DNA from: Syntrophorhabdaceae bacterium | GTDB lineage: Bacteria > Desulfobacterota > Syntrophorhabdia > Syntrophorhabdales > Syntrophorhabdaceae | Assembly (NCBI GenBank): GCA_963665295.1 | Contig: OY762209.1 | Span: 1,600,001-1,664,000 of the forward strand | Reading direction: 5' to 3' | Length of the DNA: 64,000 nt | Part shown: positions 8,981 to 19,764 of the stretch, piece by piece | Position numbering within the stretch: the first letter of the stretch is position 1 | Layout: every line of letters begins with the position of its first letter | Notes under the pieces: generated by a model | Databases searched by the model: none | What the model saw: the letters and a program-made list of their open reading frames with translations, nothing else | Told to the model about the DNA's origin: nothing | Program-made: the position numbers and the translations under genes

Positions 8981-11029
8981 TCAGGCCCTTCTCACCGAAC
9001 AGAGCAAAGATTTTATCTCGGGGTAACCCATTATGGGCTCCCGGCACTCCGTATCCGTGAGGAGGTTGGCGTTGGCCTTGCCCGGCCACCCGTGGGGGAC
9101 GATCACCACTCCCTCCGCGACGCGCTCATCGACGAGGGCCTTCATCCGGACCTCACCTTTGTTGGTTGCGACGACGATGTCGAGGGAATCCTCTATCCCG
9201 TACTTCAGGGCCGTGGCAGGGCCCATCTCCGCCCTCGGTTCGGGGTTCCTGTCCTTCAGAGACTTCACGTTCCTGAACTGCCCGTGAGTATAGTAGAGGC
9301 TCCGGTTGCCCGTGGAGAGGATCAGGGGGTATTCCTCGAGCAACTCCGGAGAGTTGAGAGGGCTCCTCCGGGGTTCGAGATAAGTGGGGAGGGGGTCGAA
9401 GCCTATGTCGGCCAGGGCCTTGCTGTAGATCTCGATCTTCCTGGTGGGGGTGGAAAAGCGCACGTCACGGAGGCCGTATTGTTTTTCCTGGTAGAAGGCG
9501 CCCTCCGGTTTCTCGTGAAGGAGTTCATCGAAGGTAAGCCCCGTCGGTTCGAGCTCGAAGGCGACAAGCTCTTCCTCCGATTTCCACGGGAATTTGTCCC
9601 CTATGCCCAGCTTTTTCGCGAGGTCAGTGAAGAACTTCCATTCGGACCGGCTTTCACAATAGGGTTCCACGGCCCTTTTCCTGAGCATGAGATAAGGCAT
9701 GCAGTGACAGACGTTGTAGGTGTAAGCCACTCCCCACTTTTCGAGATGGGAGCACGCGGGAAGCACGTAATGGGCGTGTTCCGCCGTTTCCGTCATGAAG
9801 AGGTCATGGACCACGAGGAGTTCGAGCCTGTCGAAGGCCGCCCTGAAGGCATTCGAGTCCGCCATGGAAAGAAGGGGGTTACCGCCGACCACGAGGAAGG
9901 CCTTGATCTTTTCCGGCACGCTCTCCGGCACACACGTGACCACGCCGTAGGGGCTCTTTCTCCCCCATACCTCGTAGAACAAGGGGTAACGGTCCGCGCC
10001 CAGGGGCTCTCCTTCCACTCCCATGGCCACATTGCCCAGGGGAAGCCTCGGGCTTATGACCCATCCTCCAGAATTGTTTATGTTTCCCGTGATGATCTGG
10101 AGGACCGAAAAGGCCCGGCTGTTCTGGGTACCGTTCGCGGTCTGGTCCTGGGTGCAGGTCCCCTGGTAGATGGCCGCGCCTTCCGTTGTCGCAAAGAGCC
10201 TGGCCAGCTTCCGGATGTCGTCGGCCGCCACCCAGGTGATCCTTTCCGCCCATTCAGGGGTATATTTCTGCACATGGGGGATAAGCTCATCGAACCCCGT
10301 GGTAAAGCGCTCGATGAAGTCCCTGTCGTAAAGGTTTTCGTTTATGATCACGTGCATCATGGCAAGGGCCATTGCTCCGTCCGTGCCCGGCCTTATGCGG
10401 AGGTACATCTCCGCCTTGTCGGCGAGGGGGATGCGCTTGGGGTCGACCACCACGAGCCGCGCCCCCTTCTTCATGTTTTCTTCGATGGAAAGCTTCAGGG
10501 GGAAATCGGATTGCTCCGGGTTGTGGCCCCAGAGGACGTAAAGGTTGGAGTCGAGTTCCTCTGTGGGATACTTGCCGAAAGTGATCTGCCGCGTGCGGAT
10601 GCGCATCCTGTAGCAGACACTTTCCACTGAAAAGAAGTTGGGAGAGCCAAAGGCGGCCTTGATCCTCTGGGTGAGACCGGCCATCTCGAGGTTTTCGACG
10701 CCTATGGACCCGCTGAAGACCCCGAGGGCGCCCGGGCCGAATTCCGCTTTCAGGGTCAAAAGCTTATCCGCGATTTCGGTGAGAGCCGTCTCCCATGAGA
10801 TCTGCTTCCAGCCGCCCTTCGTCCGCTTGAGGGGATATTTGAGTCTCGTGGGGTCGTAAATGTTTTCCAGCATGGCTTCCCCTTTTTCGCAAAGCCTGCC
10901 TCTGTTAAGGGGGTGGGAGGGCAAACCCTCGACTTTGACCGCCCGGCCGTCTTCAACCGTCACTATGGTCCCGCAACTGTGGTAGCAAAGGGTACAATCG
11001 GTGAGTATTTTTTCGACTTGTTTCGGCAT
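8981..11029 (-). CDS. Molybdopterin (Mo/W-bisPGD) oxidoreductase catalytic subunit
   Basis: N-terminal CTLCYHSC...LCEKG 4Fe-4S motif, WGHNP, IRPGTDGA, C-terminal molydop-binding domain; no Tat signal. Confidence 0.9.
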   Translation of the reverse strand: MPKQVEKILTDCTLCYHSCGTIVTVEDGRAVKVEGLPSHPLNRGRLCEKGEAMLENIYDPTRLKYPLKRTKGGWKQISWETALTEIADKLLTLKAEFGPGALGVFSGSIGVENLEMAGLTQRIKAAFGSPNFFSVESVCYRMRIRTRQITFGKYPTEELDSNLYVLWGHNPEQSDFPLKLSIEENMKKGARLVVVDPKRIPLADKAEMYLRIRPGTDGAMALAMMHVIINENLYDRDFIERFTTGFDELIPHVQKYTPEWAERITWVAADDIRKLARLFATTEGAAIYQGTCTQDQTANGTQNSRAFSVLQIITGNINNSGGWVISPRLPLGNVAMGVEGEPLGADRYPLFYEVWGRKSPYGVVTCVPESVPEKIKAFLVVGGNPLLSMADSNAFRAAFDRLELLVVHDLFMTETAEHAHYVLPACSHLEKWGVAYTYNVCHCMPYLMLRKRAVEPYCESRSEWKFFTDLAKKLGIGDKFPWKSEEELVAFELEPTGLTFDELLHEKPEGAFYQEKQYGLRDVRFSTPTRKIEIYSKALADIGFDPLPTYLEPRRSPLNSPELLEEYPLILSTGNRSLYYTHGQFRNVKSLKDRNPEPRAEMGPATALKYGIEDSLDIVVATNKGEVRMKALVDERVAEGVVIVPHGWPGKANANLLTDTECREPIMGYPEIKSLLCSVRRA

Positions 11030-11211
11030 CGGACGCTCTCCTTATCTTTGTCGCGAACCACCGCCCCCGTTCGCCTCCGGGCGCAAAGCAAATCGACGGA
11101 CCCTCTTCAGGGCGCTCTGCACGGTCAAATTATATCATGCGAAAAGCGCCGTGTGAAGACCATGCCGAAAGGGACCGGCATGGTCCGGGATCAGGGGCCA
11201 ACCCGGTATAA

Positions 11212-12021
11212 TCACCACGTGTAGGTAGCGGGATCGATGTTCCCCTTCTTCATCAGCGCGAGGGTGGGTTCCAGGAGAGCCGGATCGAATTCCCGGAAGG
11301 TCTTTACCTGGAAGGCCTTGGCGTTCTTCATAGCGGCGGCCTTTATCTTCGCGAGGTCCTGGGGGGATACCGACCTGTTTGCGCTGAGCACGTTGTCGGG
11401 GTTCTTCTTGTCGGACACGCCGGGATACTCGTACATGGCTACCCCTTTGAAGGTTCCCTGGTTGGCCTTCCACCACCAATCCTTGACAAAAGCACACTTT
11501 GCGTTTCCCGCGGTGACGGCAAACACCGCCGTATAGTGGTTACTCGCAGGCATTGCCGCCTGACCGCCCGAGGCCGCCTTTGCCCCCGATTCACCGCTGC
11601 TCGTTCCTTTCGCGTAGGCAATTGCGGGGCCCGCCGCCTTCACGATGGCGACCGGGTCCGTGCCTGCCGTGGACGGGGCGATCAGCACGCTCGCATAAAG
11701 CTCCTTGCCGTCTATGGCCTGGATGATGGGGACCGAAAGGCGTCGCGCATGGAGGATGGCCTGAAGGAAACTTCCCACGTAAACAAGGGTGGGCTGATTC
11801 CTGGAAAAGGCTGTTATGATCTCAGGATAGGACCGGGCGACAACGGGTTTGATGGTTAACCCGCTCGACTCCGAGATGGCTTCGGCGATAGCCTTTACCT
11901 GGGGACCCTTGGTAGCCCACTCAGGGGGATAGTAAAGGGCGATATCGGCTGCCGCGGCCACGAGGGGGACCAGAAAGAATAGGGCGGCGACTGCCATACA
12001 AATAAACCGTGTCTGTTTCAT
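11212..12021 (-). CDS. Periplasmic substrate-binding protein, PhnD/SsuA-like
   Basis: Signal peptide, ARSYPEII and GTSSGESG motifs; AGGAG RBS before ATG 12021. Confidence 0.65.
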   Translation of the reverse strand: MKQTRFICMAVAALFFLVPLVAAAADIALYYPPEWATKGPQVKAIAEAISESSGLTIKPVVARSYPEIITAFSRNQPTLVYVGSFLQAILHARRLSVPIIQAIDGKELYASVLIAPSTAGTDPVAIVKAAGPAIAYAKGTSSGESGAKAASGGQAAMPASNHYTAVFAVTAGNAKCAFVKDWWWKANQGTFKGVAMYEYPGVSDKKNPDNVLSANRSVSPQDLAKIKAAAMKNAKAFQVKTFREFDPALLEPTLALMKKGNIDPATYTW

Positions 12022-12311
12022 CTTCATCTCCTTGTCGTCGTGGTGTGGTGACGGTTTCCGGCGTGAAAGGTTATCGGCGGTTCCCGGCGCCACTTTAGAG
12101 AAAGGCGGCGTGAGCGGCTTCCCCGTGCCTGATTCCATGGTGCCCGATGGCGCGTCCGGACCCTTGTGCCTGGTATGCTATCGGGATGCGCCACCCATGG
12201 CGTGCATGCCGGTGCCCCCTTCCCCGGACCCGGGCCTTCCCGGCCTGTCTCCGTTCCGATATATGGGGGAAGGCATTTCACGGGTATTTTCACGAAACCT
12301 CACGGGTCCTC

Positions 12312-14834
12312 TCATAACCTCGCGTTCCTGTAAAAAACTTTTTTCGCGGCCTCCGCCGAAAGGATATAGAGGGCAACGATACCGAACAACGCCATGAGAT
12401 AGGCCGCCGGTATGGGTGCGAACCCGAATAGCGGCCCAAGAGGGGTATAGGGGAACACGAGGGTAACCCCGACAACGGCCAGGGTAGCGGTCAGCAGGGC
12501 TCTGCCGGGTCTGCTTTGAAAGAAAGGCCGCCTGGTTCGGACGACGAGGACGATCAATGACGCGGAGATGATGGACTCCACGAACCATCCTGCCCTGAAT
12601 TGCTCCGGTGACCCATGGAGGATGAGCATAAGGACCCCGAAGGTCAAGTAGTCAAAGACAGAACTCAACAGGCCGAAGACAAGCATGAAGCTGCGGATGA
12701 ACCTTATATTCCATCTTCGGGGCCGGCTGAGCATCTCCTCATCAACGCTGTCGGTGGCGATGGTCATCTCCGGAAAGTCGGTCAACAGGTTCGTGAGGAG
12801 GATCTGTTTCGGAAGCAGGGGGAGGAAGGAGAGAAAGAGCGACGCCCCGGCCATGCTGAACATGTTGCCGAAATTGGCGCTCGTAGCCATGAAAACATAC
12901 TTGAGGGTGTTGGCGAAGGTCATCCTCCCTTCGCGCACGCCTTCCACCAGCACGGCCAGGTCCTTTTCGAGGAGGACGATATCAGCCGCATCTTTGGCGA
13001 CATCCGCGGCGCTGTCAACGGAAATGCCCACATCCGCAGTATGGAGCGCCGAGGCGTCGTTGATGCCGTCGCCCATGTAGCCCACGACATTCCCCGCTTT
13101 CCGGAACGCGAGGGCGATGCGCTCTTTTTGATTGGGTTCGATTTCGGCGAATATATCCACGTCCGCTACCCGCGCGAGCAGGGCGGCATCGCTCAATCGG
13201 CCGAGATCCGAACCGGTGAGGATCTTTGTATCCGACAACCCTATCTGCCGACCGACATTGACGGCGACAAGACGGTTGTCGCCCGTGATGACCTTCAGCG
13301 CGACGCCGAGTTTCTTGAGACCGGTTATGGTTTCAAGGATATTTGCCTTGGGAGGATCAAAAAGAACAAGGAAACCGGAAAAGGTCATACCCGCTTCGCT
13401 CTCCTTGCTGATATGCGACTCCGTTCCCAGGGTCTTGTACGCAACCCCCAGCGTTCTAAAGCCCTTGTCGCTGAATTCCTCGAAACGGCGCTGGATTTGC
13501 TCCCGCACCGTGGCGATATCCACGACGACCCCGCCTTCGGTTTCCGCCGATGCACAGACAGCGAGCACATTGAGCAGGGCGCCCTTGGTGACCATCAGGC
13601 GCACATCACCATGGGAAACGAGAATGCTCAATCGTTTACGAAGAAAATCATAAGGGATTTCATCCTCCTTCCGATAGTCCGTGAGGTCGAAGGGGCGGTG
13701 GATGCGGATCGCTTCATCGATGGGGTTCGTAAAGCCTGTTTCGTAGGAAGCATTGAGATAAGCATGGAAAAGGACTCTCTCGCTCGAAGCGCCTTCCACG
13801 TCAAGGGCGGATTGGACGTGGACCGTTCCCTCGGTGAGGGTTCCGGTCTTGTCGGAACAGATCACGTTCATGGTGCCGAAGTTTTCGATTGAAGCGAGTC
13901 GCTTGACAATGACCTTCTTCCGGGCCATTCGCTTGGCCCCGTGGGAAAGGTTGATGCTGATAATGGCGGGAAGCAATTGCGGGGTCAGTCCTACGGCGAG
14001 GGCCAGTGAAAAGAGGAATGAGTCCAAAACAGGCCGCGCCAGGTAGACGTTGATGGCAAAGATGGCGATCACAAGAACCAGGGTGACTTCCATGAGGAGA
14101 TAACCGAAGCGCCGGACGCCATGTTCGAACTCTGTTTCCTGGGGCGTTAGTTTCAGCCGCTCCGACACCTTACCGAACTCCGTTTCCTTGCCCGTGCGCA
14201 CCACCACTACCGTTGCGCTGCCGCTCACCACATGGGTCCCCATCCAAACCGCGTTCGTCCGCTGGGCCGGAAGAGTGTCCGCGGGGAGGACGGCCGCCGC
14301 CTTTTCCGCAGGGAAAGTCTCACCCGTCAGCATGGCTTCATCGACGAAGAGGTCTTTGGATTCCAGAATAAGCCCGTCACCGGGGACGATATCACCGGCG
14401 TTCAGAATGACCAGGTCCCCCGGCACAACCTGTTCGACGGAAATTTCTTTGGAGAGGCCGTCACGGAGTACCGCTACCTTGATTTGCACAATGGAAAGGA
14501 GCCTTTCCACGGCCTTCGACGCGCCCCGTTCCTGCCAGAACCCGAGCAGGCCGCTCACAAGTACGATTGAAAGGATGATGGAGGCATCCACCGGATCACG
14601 GAGAAAGAAGGACAACCCCGTGGCGAAGAAGAGGATGAGGATAATGGGACTCTTGAATTGGGAAAGGAGCAGGGTCAGCGAGTCCGACCGTTTTCGGGGC
14701 CGGAGAAGGTTGGCGCCGTATTGCGCGAGCCTTCGCCCGGCTTCGGCATCGGTCAATCCTTCCTTTGCGCTTTCGAGTTGCCGGAGCATCCCGGCCGTTG
14801 ATATGCTCCAAAAAGCCGGAGGAATCTGGTTCAT
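12312..14834 (-). CDS. mgtA: Magnesium-translocating P-type ATPase
   Basis: DKTGTLT phosphorylation site, TGET, GDGINDA, SANFGNMFS typical of MgtA. Confidence 0.9.
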   Translation of the reverse strand: MNQIPPAFWSISTAGMLRQLESAKEGLTDAEAGRRLAQYGANLLRPRKRSDSLTLLLSQFKSPIILILFFATGLSFFLRDPVDASIILSIVLVSGLLGFWQERGASKAVERLLSIVQIKVAVLRDGLSKEISVEQVVPGDLVILNAGDIVPGDGLILESKDLFVDEAMLTGETFPAEKAAAVLPADTLPAQRTNAVWMGTHVVSGSATVVVVRTGKETEFGKVSERLKLTPQETEFEHGVRRFGYLLMEVTLVLVIAIFAINVYLARPVLDSFLFSLALAVGLTPQLLPAIISINLSHGAKRMARKKVIVKRLASIENFGTMNVICSDKTGTLTEGTVHVQSALDVEGASSERVLFHAYLNASYETGFTNPIDEAIRIHRPFDLTDYRKEDEIPYDFLRKRLSILVSHGDVRLMVTKGALLNVLAVCASAETEGGVVVDIATVREQIQRRFEEFSDKGFRTLGVAYKTLGTESHISKESEAGMTFSGFLVLFDPPKANILETITGLKKLGVALKVITGDNRLVAVNVGRQIGLSDTKILTGSDLGRLSDAALLARVADVDIFAEIEPNQKERIALAFRKAGNVVGYMGDGINDASALHTADVGISVDSAADVAKDAADIVLLEKDLAVLVEGVREGRMTFANTLKYVFMATSANFGNMFSMAGASLFLSFLPLLPKQILLTNLLTDFPEMTIATDSVDEEMLSRPRRWNIRFIRSFMLVFGLLSSVFDYLTFGVLMLILHGSPEQFRAGWFVESIISASLIVLVVRTRRPFFQSRPGRALLTATLAVVGVTLVFPYTPLGPLFGFAPIPAAYLMALFGIVALYILSAEAAKKVFYRNARL

Positions 14835-15192
14835 TCTCTATCCCTTTCCTGAAAACGCCGACAGGCAGCCAGCATCAGCAAACACTTCCCGGTGCAGCCC
14901 TTTTGTCTAAGTGTGTTGTCGGAGGGATGGAATGTCAACGAGTTGGAAGGGAACGCTTATGGTCAAAGGGAAACCCCTTCACCTTTTGTGCTTGACAGAT
15001 GTGTATGTTTGCACGAGAATTGAGAGTGCAGTCCGGAGACATCGAGTCGTGACGCACGGGGTGGGGTAGAGACGACTTTTCCTGAACATTTTCCTCCTGC
15101 GGGAATGGATATTCGACGAATGACCGCTATGAATGCCTTTTCCGCCTCCATCGCTGTCTCCAGCGGAAGAGGCCCCCGGCCAAGGAGGAAAT

Positions 15193-17139
15193 ATGGAAAA
15201 GTGGGTAAGCGGACTCATAGGCGCACTGGCGTGTTGTTGTCTGATCCTGCCCTTGCAGGCTGAAGCCGGGTCGGGTGAGGCCTATCAGTATCTCAACAAG
15301 ACGATGGATCAATACCATAAGACTCTTGATGTATTTACGGACCTCGCGGCCGGGGGAAACCACTTTGCCGCCCGGTGCGAAACGGTCAGACGTGCGGCTG
15401 ACCCCATCGATCTGGCGGGAGTCAGCGTTGACGACGGTTGGACCCTGAACTGCCGATCGGGATCTACGTGCGTCAAGAATACGTTCAGCGCGGTGGACCC
15501 CGCTTATTGGGGGGGCTGGTATTTTCAAAACGGCATCCTTTCCGGGTGCGACGCCGCACCGGCCTGCAACTGGGGTGAATATCCGGACGCGGGTTTGAAC
15601 CTCACGGGAGCGAAAAAACTCACGTTTTGGGCCAGGGGGGATAAAGGGGGCGAAAAGATAGAATTCTTTATGGGCGGCATAGGGTGGGATGTGGAGAAAA
15701 AGAAACCTATTCCCGGAGCATATCACGACTCGACCGCACGAATACCCACAAGCGGACACGTGACAACCCTCTCCAAAAACTGGAAGCAATATACCATTTC
15801 CCTCGGGCGCAATGACCTCAGCTATATTGCGGGGGGCTTCGGCTGGGTTGCCAATGCGGCCAAAAATCCCAAGGGCGCCGTCTTTTACCTTGATGATATC
15901 CAGTATGTTATGGACCGTACCGCTAGCCCCAGGCTGTCGGCAAGCTACACGACCCTTCCGGTGGCTCCCGGGGACAACTTTGACACGATCCTGAAGAACA
16001 CGGCTTATGTCTATGATAATGCGATCACCCTTATTGCCTATCTCGCCAGGGGCGCCAAGGACGACCGGAAAAGGGCGAAGCTCCTTGCCGATGCCTACGT
16101 GTATGCGCAGAAGAACGACCGGTTTTACAAGGATGGGCGGCTCAGGAACGCGTATCAGGCGGGCGATTTGCCCTTACCACCCGGCTGGACGCCGAACGGT
16201 CGAAAAGACGCTGCCCGTCTTCCCGGATGGTGGGATGTGACAGGAAAGAAGTGGATCGAGGACTCGGGCCACGTGGGGACTGATACGGGAAACATGTCGT
16301 GGGTGATGATCGCCCTTCTAAGGGCTTATAAGGTTTTTGGCGAAGAAAAGTACCTCACTGCAGCGAAGACGCTGGGAGAGTGGATCGAGACGAACACAAA
16401 GGATACGAGGGGCAACGGAGGCTACACGGGCGGTGTGAAAGGGTGGGAGCCCGCGTGCGGAGGGAGCGACCCCTTGTCCGTCACCTGGAAATCGACGGAA
16501 CACAATATCGATGCCTATGTCGCGTTTATGACGCTTTACGACCTCACCAAGGGCGACGAAGCGGCGATGTGGAGGGCGAGGGCGTTGCATGCGAAACAAT
16601 TCGTGCGGTCCATGTGGGGGGCGTGCGGACCGACACACTTTGCGACGGGCACAGGCGACGACGGGATAACTCCCAACTGCCTTTTCTACCCGGAAGACGC
16701 CAACACGTGGGGGCTCATGGCACTGGGAGAGGTTGCGGACTATGGGCCGGGAATCGACTGGGTAAGCACGGAATGCGGTGTCTCGGAGTCCTGCTTTCCG
16801 AATAAGACTGCCGTGGGCATCGATTTTGACGCCGACGGAGACGGGATCTGGTGGGAAGGAACCGCCCACACGGTCATTGCAAAGAGGATCAAGAAGGATA
16901 ACGAGGGTGCAGACCTTTTGTTGAACAACCTGCGCAACGCGCAGCGGCTGGCTCCCAACGCGGACAAGAAGGGCATTGTGGCTGTCTGCCATGACGGCGT
17001 CAGTACAGGCATGGCGGAGTTTCTTCTGTACAACCGGCTCCACATAGCCGCCACTTCGTGGTACGCGTTGTCTGAACTCAGGCACAACCCCTATTGGGGC
17101 ATACACACTACTATCGCAATACCGCACCAGGAAGAGTGA
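15193..17139 (+). CDS. Secreted protein: carbohydrate-binding-like domain plus (alpha/alpha)6 glycoside-hydrolase-like domain
   Basis: AGGAGG RBS, signal peptide; LTGAKKLTFWARG...WKQYTISL...FYLDDIQY CBM-like segment; YVYDNA, KSTEHNID, WWEGT aromatic/acidic motifs. Confidence 0.55.
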   Translation: MEKWVSGLIGALACCCLILPLQAEAGSGEAYQYLNKTMDQYHKTLDVFTDLAAGGNHFAARCETVRRAADPIDLAGVSVDDGWTLNCRSGSTCVKNTFSAVDPAYWGGWYFQNGILSGCDAAPACNWGEYPDAGLNLTGAKKLTFWARGDKGGEKIEFFMGGIGWDVEKKKPIPGAYHDSTARIPTSGHVTTLSKNWKQYTISLGRNDLSYIAGGFGWVANAAKNPKGAVFYLDDIQYVMDRTASPRLSASYTTLPVAPGDNFDTILKNTAYVYDNAITLIAYLARGAKDDRKRAKLLADAYVYAQKNDRFYKDGRLRNAYQAGDLPLPPGWTPNGRKDAARLPGWWDVTGKKWIEDSGHVGTDTGNMSWVMIALLRAYKVFGEEKYLTAAKTLGEWIETNTKDTRGNGGYTGGVKGWEPACGGSDPLSVTWKSTEHNIDAYVAFMTLYDLTKGDEAAMWRARALHAKQFVRSMWGACGPTHFATGTGDDGITPNCLFYPEDANTWGLMALGEVADYGPGIDWVSTECGVSESCFPNKTAVGIDFDADGDGIWWEGTAHTVIAKRIKKDNEGADLLLNNLRNAQRLAPNADKKGIVAVCHDGVSTGMAEFLLYNRLHIAATSWYALSELRHNPYWGIHTTIAIPHQEE

Positions 17140-17195
17140 TTCGGGGGGGCGGCCGGGCCGTCCGTTATACTCGAAATATCAGGAGGTGACACGCC

Positions 17196-17633
17196 ATGTT
17201 CAAAACGATTCTTTTCCCCACCGATTTTTCCGACGTGGCCCAAAAGGCCATGAAATACATCACCCAACTGAGAGGCGCAGGGGCGCAGGAGGTCATTGTC
17301 CTCCACGTGATCGATGACAAGGAGTTGGCCGTCCTTTCAAGGGCCCCCGACCAGTACGACAACATAATCGAGGCCCTTAACAGGGAAGTGGCGTCGGAGA
17401 TGACCGCCATAGAAACGGCCCTGAATTCGGAGGGTTTCCGGGTGAAGCTCGAAGTGAGGACAGGCAATCCCTTCAAAGTAATCATGGATACGGCCACGAA
17501 GGAGAAGGCTTCGGTTATTGTCCTCGGCTCCCACGGCCGGTCGAACATTGCCGAGATGCTCATGGGTTCCGTTTCCGAAAATGTGGTCAGGCACGCCACG
17601 ACGCCGCTCCTCGTCGTCAGCAGGGACGCGTAA
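17196..17633 (+). CDS. Universal stress protein
   Basis: ILFPTDFS and GSHGRS...GSVSENVVR motifs. Confidence 0.93.
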   Translation: MFKTILFPTDFSDVAQKAMKYITQLRGAGAQEVIVLHVIDDKELAVLSRAPDQYDNIIEALNREVASEMTAIETALNSEGFRVKLEVRTGNPFKVIMDTATKEKASVIVLGSHGRSNIAEMLMGSVSENVVRHATTPLLVVSRDA

Positions 17634-19764
17634 CCGGACGAGCGGACCCTATAGAGGTGTCGGTCTCGCGTGAAACATCCCGCTTCTTCACGATGCGGGC
17701 GAGGAGTGACCTGTCGGCAGGGAATCCCGTAACCGGGTCGGCGTCGGCGTCATCGGTGAGCACGTTCGCGTTTGCCTGATCCCATCCGTGGGGAAGGGAT
17801 ATGACCTTCGGAAGGATCCGCGGCGTACATCTGACCTTGACCTCGATGCGGCCCCGCCTGGTCTCGACAAAGACCGTCTCACCGTCTTTGACGTGCAACT
17901 CCCCGGCAGTGAGGGGGTTGACCTCCACATACGGCTCAGGGGCACGCTTGAGCAGGGACGGCACGTTGCGAAAGCGTGAATGGAGATACCCGAGAGTCCG
18001 GGCCCCCGTAGTGAGCACGAGCGGGTAATGCCCCGCGATTTCGGGGGCGGACAGGGGGCTTTCCGCAGGCTCCAGATAAACGGGCAGCGGAGAATACCCG
18101 TGCCGCTCAAGTTGGGAGGAATAGATCTCCACCTTACCCGAGGGTGTCCTGAAACCTTCCCGCTCGTACTTCTTTGCCTCCCACCGATGGTATACGTAGC
18201 CGTCGGGCATCTCCCTCAGGTCGTCGAGGGTGAGATTCATGGACCTGAGCCTGTAGTTGATGGCCTCTTCCTCGGTCTCCCACGGAAAGAATTCCCCGTA
18301 ACCCATCTCGGCGGCGATCCCCTTCCATACCTCCCAGTTAGTGGGAAGACCTTCGTCATGGGAGAACCTGGGCGCAAGGCCGAGGCGCGGCTCGGAGGAA
18401 AGGTGAGAGCTGTCCCAGAGTTCGTTTTGTCCCAGGAACGTGGCGCAGGGCAGAACAAGGTCTGCGAGGCGCGCGGTCTCGGTCATGAACGGGTCCAGCA
18501 CCGCGAGAAAGTCGATTTTCGCCAGGGCGCGGCGCACCTTGCCCGCATTCGGCCATGTGAGCACCGGGTTGCTGCCTGCGACCACAAGTCCTTTCAGCGC
18601 ATAGGGCCTGCCCGTGAGAATGGCCCGGGCGTAAAAGTTTGCCTGGGCATGACCGGACGAGGCGTGGAACAGGGGGTACTCGTCCGCGCCGATGGCCTGC
18701 CTGCCGTTGCCGCGGCTTGCCAAAGTCAGGTCCGTGAGTCTCGCTTCCTTCAGGAATATGGCGCCCCCGGGTACGTCCATATTCCCGGTGACCGCCTGGA
18801 GGATGGCCACGGCCCGGACGGTCTGAAAACCGTTCGTGCTCAGTTCCAGCGAGACGCCCTGGGAGATTGAGGCAGGTGCAGACAGGGCGTAGAGACGGGC
18901 GGCCTGCCGTATTTTCGGGGCAGGAACCCACGTTATCTGCTGGACCCTTTCGGGTGTAAACTCCGACACGAGTTTGAAGAGGGGGTCAAAGCCAATGGTC
19001 CACGCATCGACAAACTCCCTGTCGTAAAGACCTTCCCCCATAATCACGTGGAGCATTCCGAGGGCCAATGCGCCGTCGGTGCCGGGCCTCAACTGGAGGT
19101 GCAGGTCCGCGTCTTTCGCAAGAGACGTCTCCTTCGGATCGATAACGATGAGGGCGCATCCCCGTGCGCGGGCGTCCGTGATTTCCCTTACCAGGGACGG
19201 GGTCGATGAAAGGGGGTTCTTGCCCCATAAGACGATGCATCTGCTCTTTTCGTAATCGGCCACGGGCATGGCGCCGCAGGTAACCACATTGGCCATGTAT
19301 TTCGACTCGAAGCAGTGACTGCCGCTTGTGGAAAAATTGGGCGTCCCGTACAGGTTGCAGAAGCGCTCGGCATAGCCGGAGAACTCCTTGCCCACACCGG
19401 CCTGCCCCACATGGACCGCGAGGGCCTCGGGGCCATGGACATCCCGGATCTTGCGGAGGCGGGAAGCGAGAAACTCAAAGGCGCCGGGCCAGGACATCTT
19501 CTCCCACCCGCCTGCAGCAGTCTTCCTGAGGGGATGTCTCAGGCGGTCCGGGGCCGAGAGTACCTCCGTGAAGGCCCGTCCCTTCGGGCAGAGATGGCCC
19601 TTGCTTACGGGGTGGTCGTCATCCCCCTCAATGGTGGCGACCTTTCCATCCTTCATTGTGAGGGCCATGCCGCACGTGCCGCTGCAAATCCCGCACACGG
19701 TGCGGAAGACGGGAGTCTCCTGCACCGTGTCACGGGCATCGAAACGTAGATTTGTTTGCTCCAT
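17617..19764 (-). CDS. Molybdopterin (Mo/W-bisPGD) oxidoreductase catalytic subunit (paralog)
   Basis: CGICSGTC...LCPKG, WGKNP, LRPGTDGA; start probably ATG 19764. Confidence 0.9.
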   Translation of the reverse strand: MEQTNLRFDARDTVQETPVFRTVCGICSGTCGMALTMKDGKVATIEGDDDHPVSKGHLCPKGRAFTEVLSAPDRLRHPLRKTAAGGWEKMSWPGAFEFLASRLRKIRDVHGPEALAVHVGQAGVGKEFSGYAERFCNLYGTPNFSTSGSHCFESKYMANVVTCGAMPVADYEKSRCIVLWGKNPLSSTPSLVREITDARARGCALIVIDPKETSLAKDADLHLQLRPGTDGALALGMLHVIMGEGLYDREFVDAWTIGFDPLFKLVSEFTPERVQQITWVPAPKIRQAARLYALSAPASISQGVSLELSTNGFQTVRAVAILQAVTGNMDVPGGAIFLKEARLTDLTLASRGNGRQAIGADEYPLFHASSGHAQANFYARAILTGRPYALKGLVVAGSNPVLTWPNAGKVRRALAKIDFLAVLDPFMTETARLADLVLPCATFLGQNELWDSSHLSSEPRLGLAPRFSHDEGLPTNWEVWKGIAAEMGYGEFFPWETEEEAINYRLRSMNLTLDDLREMPDGYVYHRWEAKKYEREGFRTPSGKVEIYSSQLERHGYSPLPVYLEPAESPLSAPEIAGHYPLVLTTGARTLGYLHSRFRNVPSLLKRAPEPYVEVNPLTAGELHVKDGETVFVETRRGRIEVKVRCTPRILPKVISLPHGWDQANANVLTDDADADPVTGFPADRSLLARIVKKRDVSRETDTSIGSARPVTRPC

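Noticed and set aside
14835..15190. Mg2+ riboswitch or Pro-rich leader peptide upstream of mgtA
   Set aside because: No recognisable M-box consensus, terminator or MgtL-like ORF
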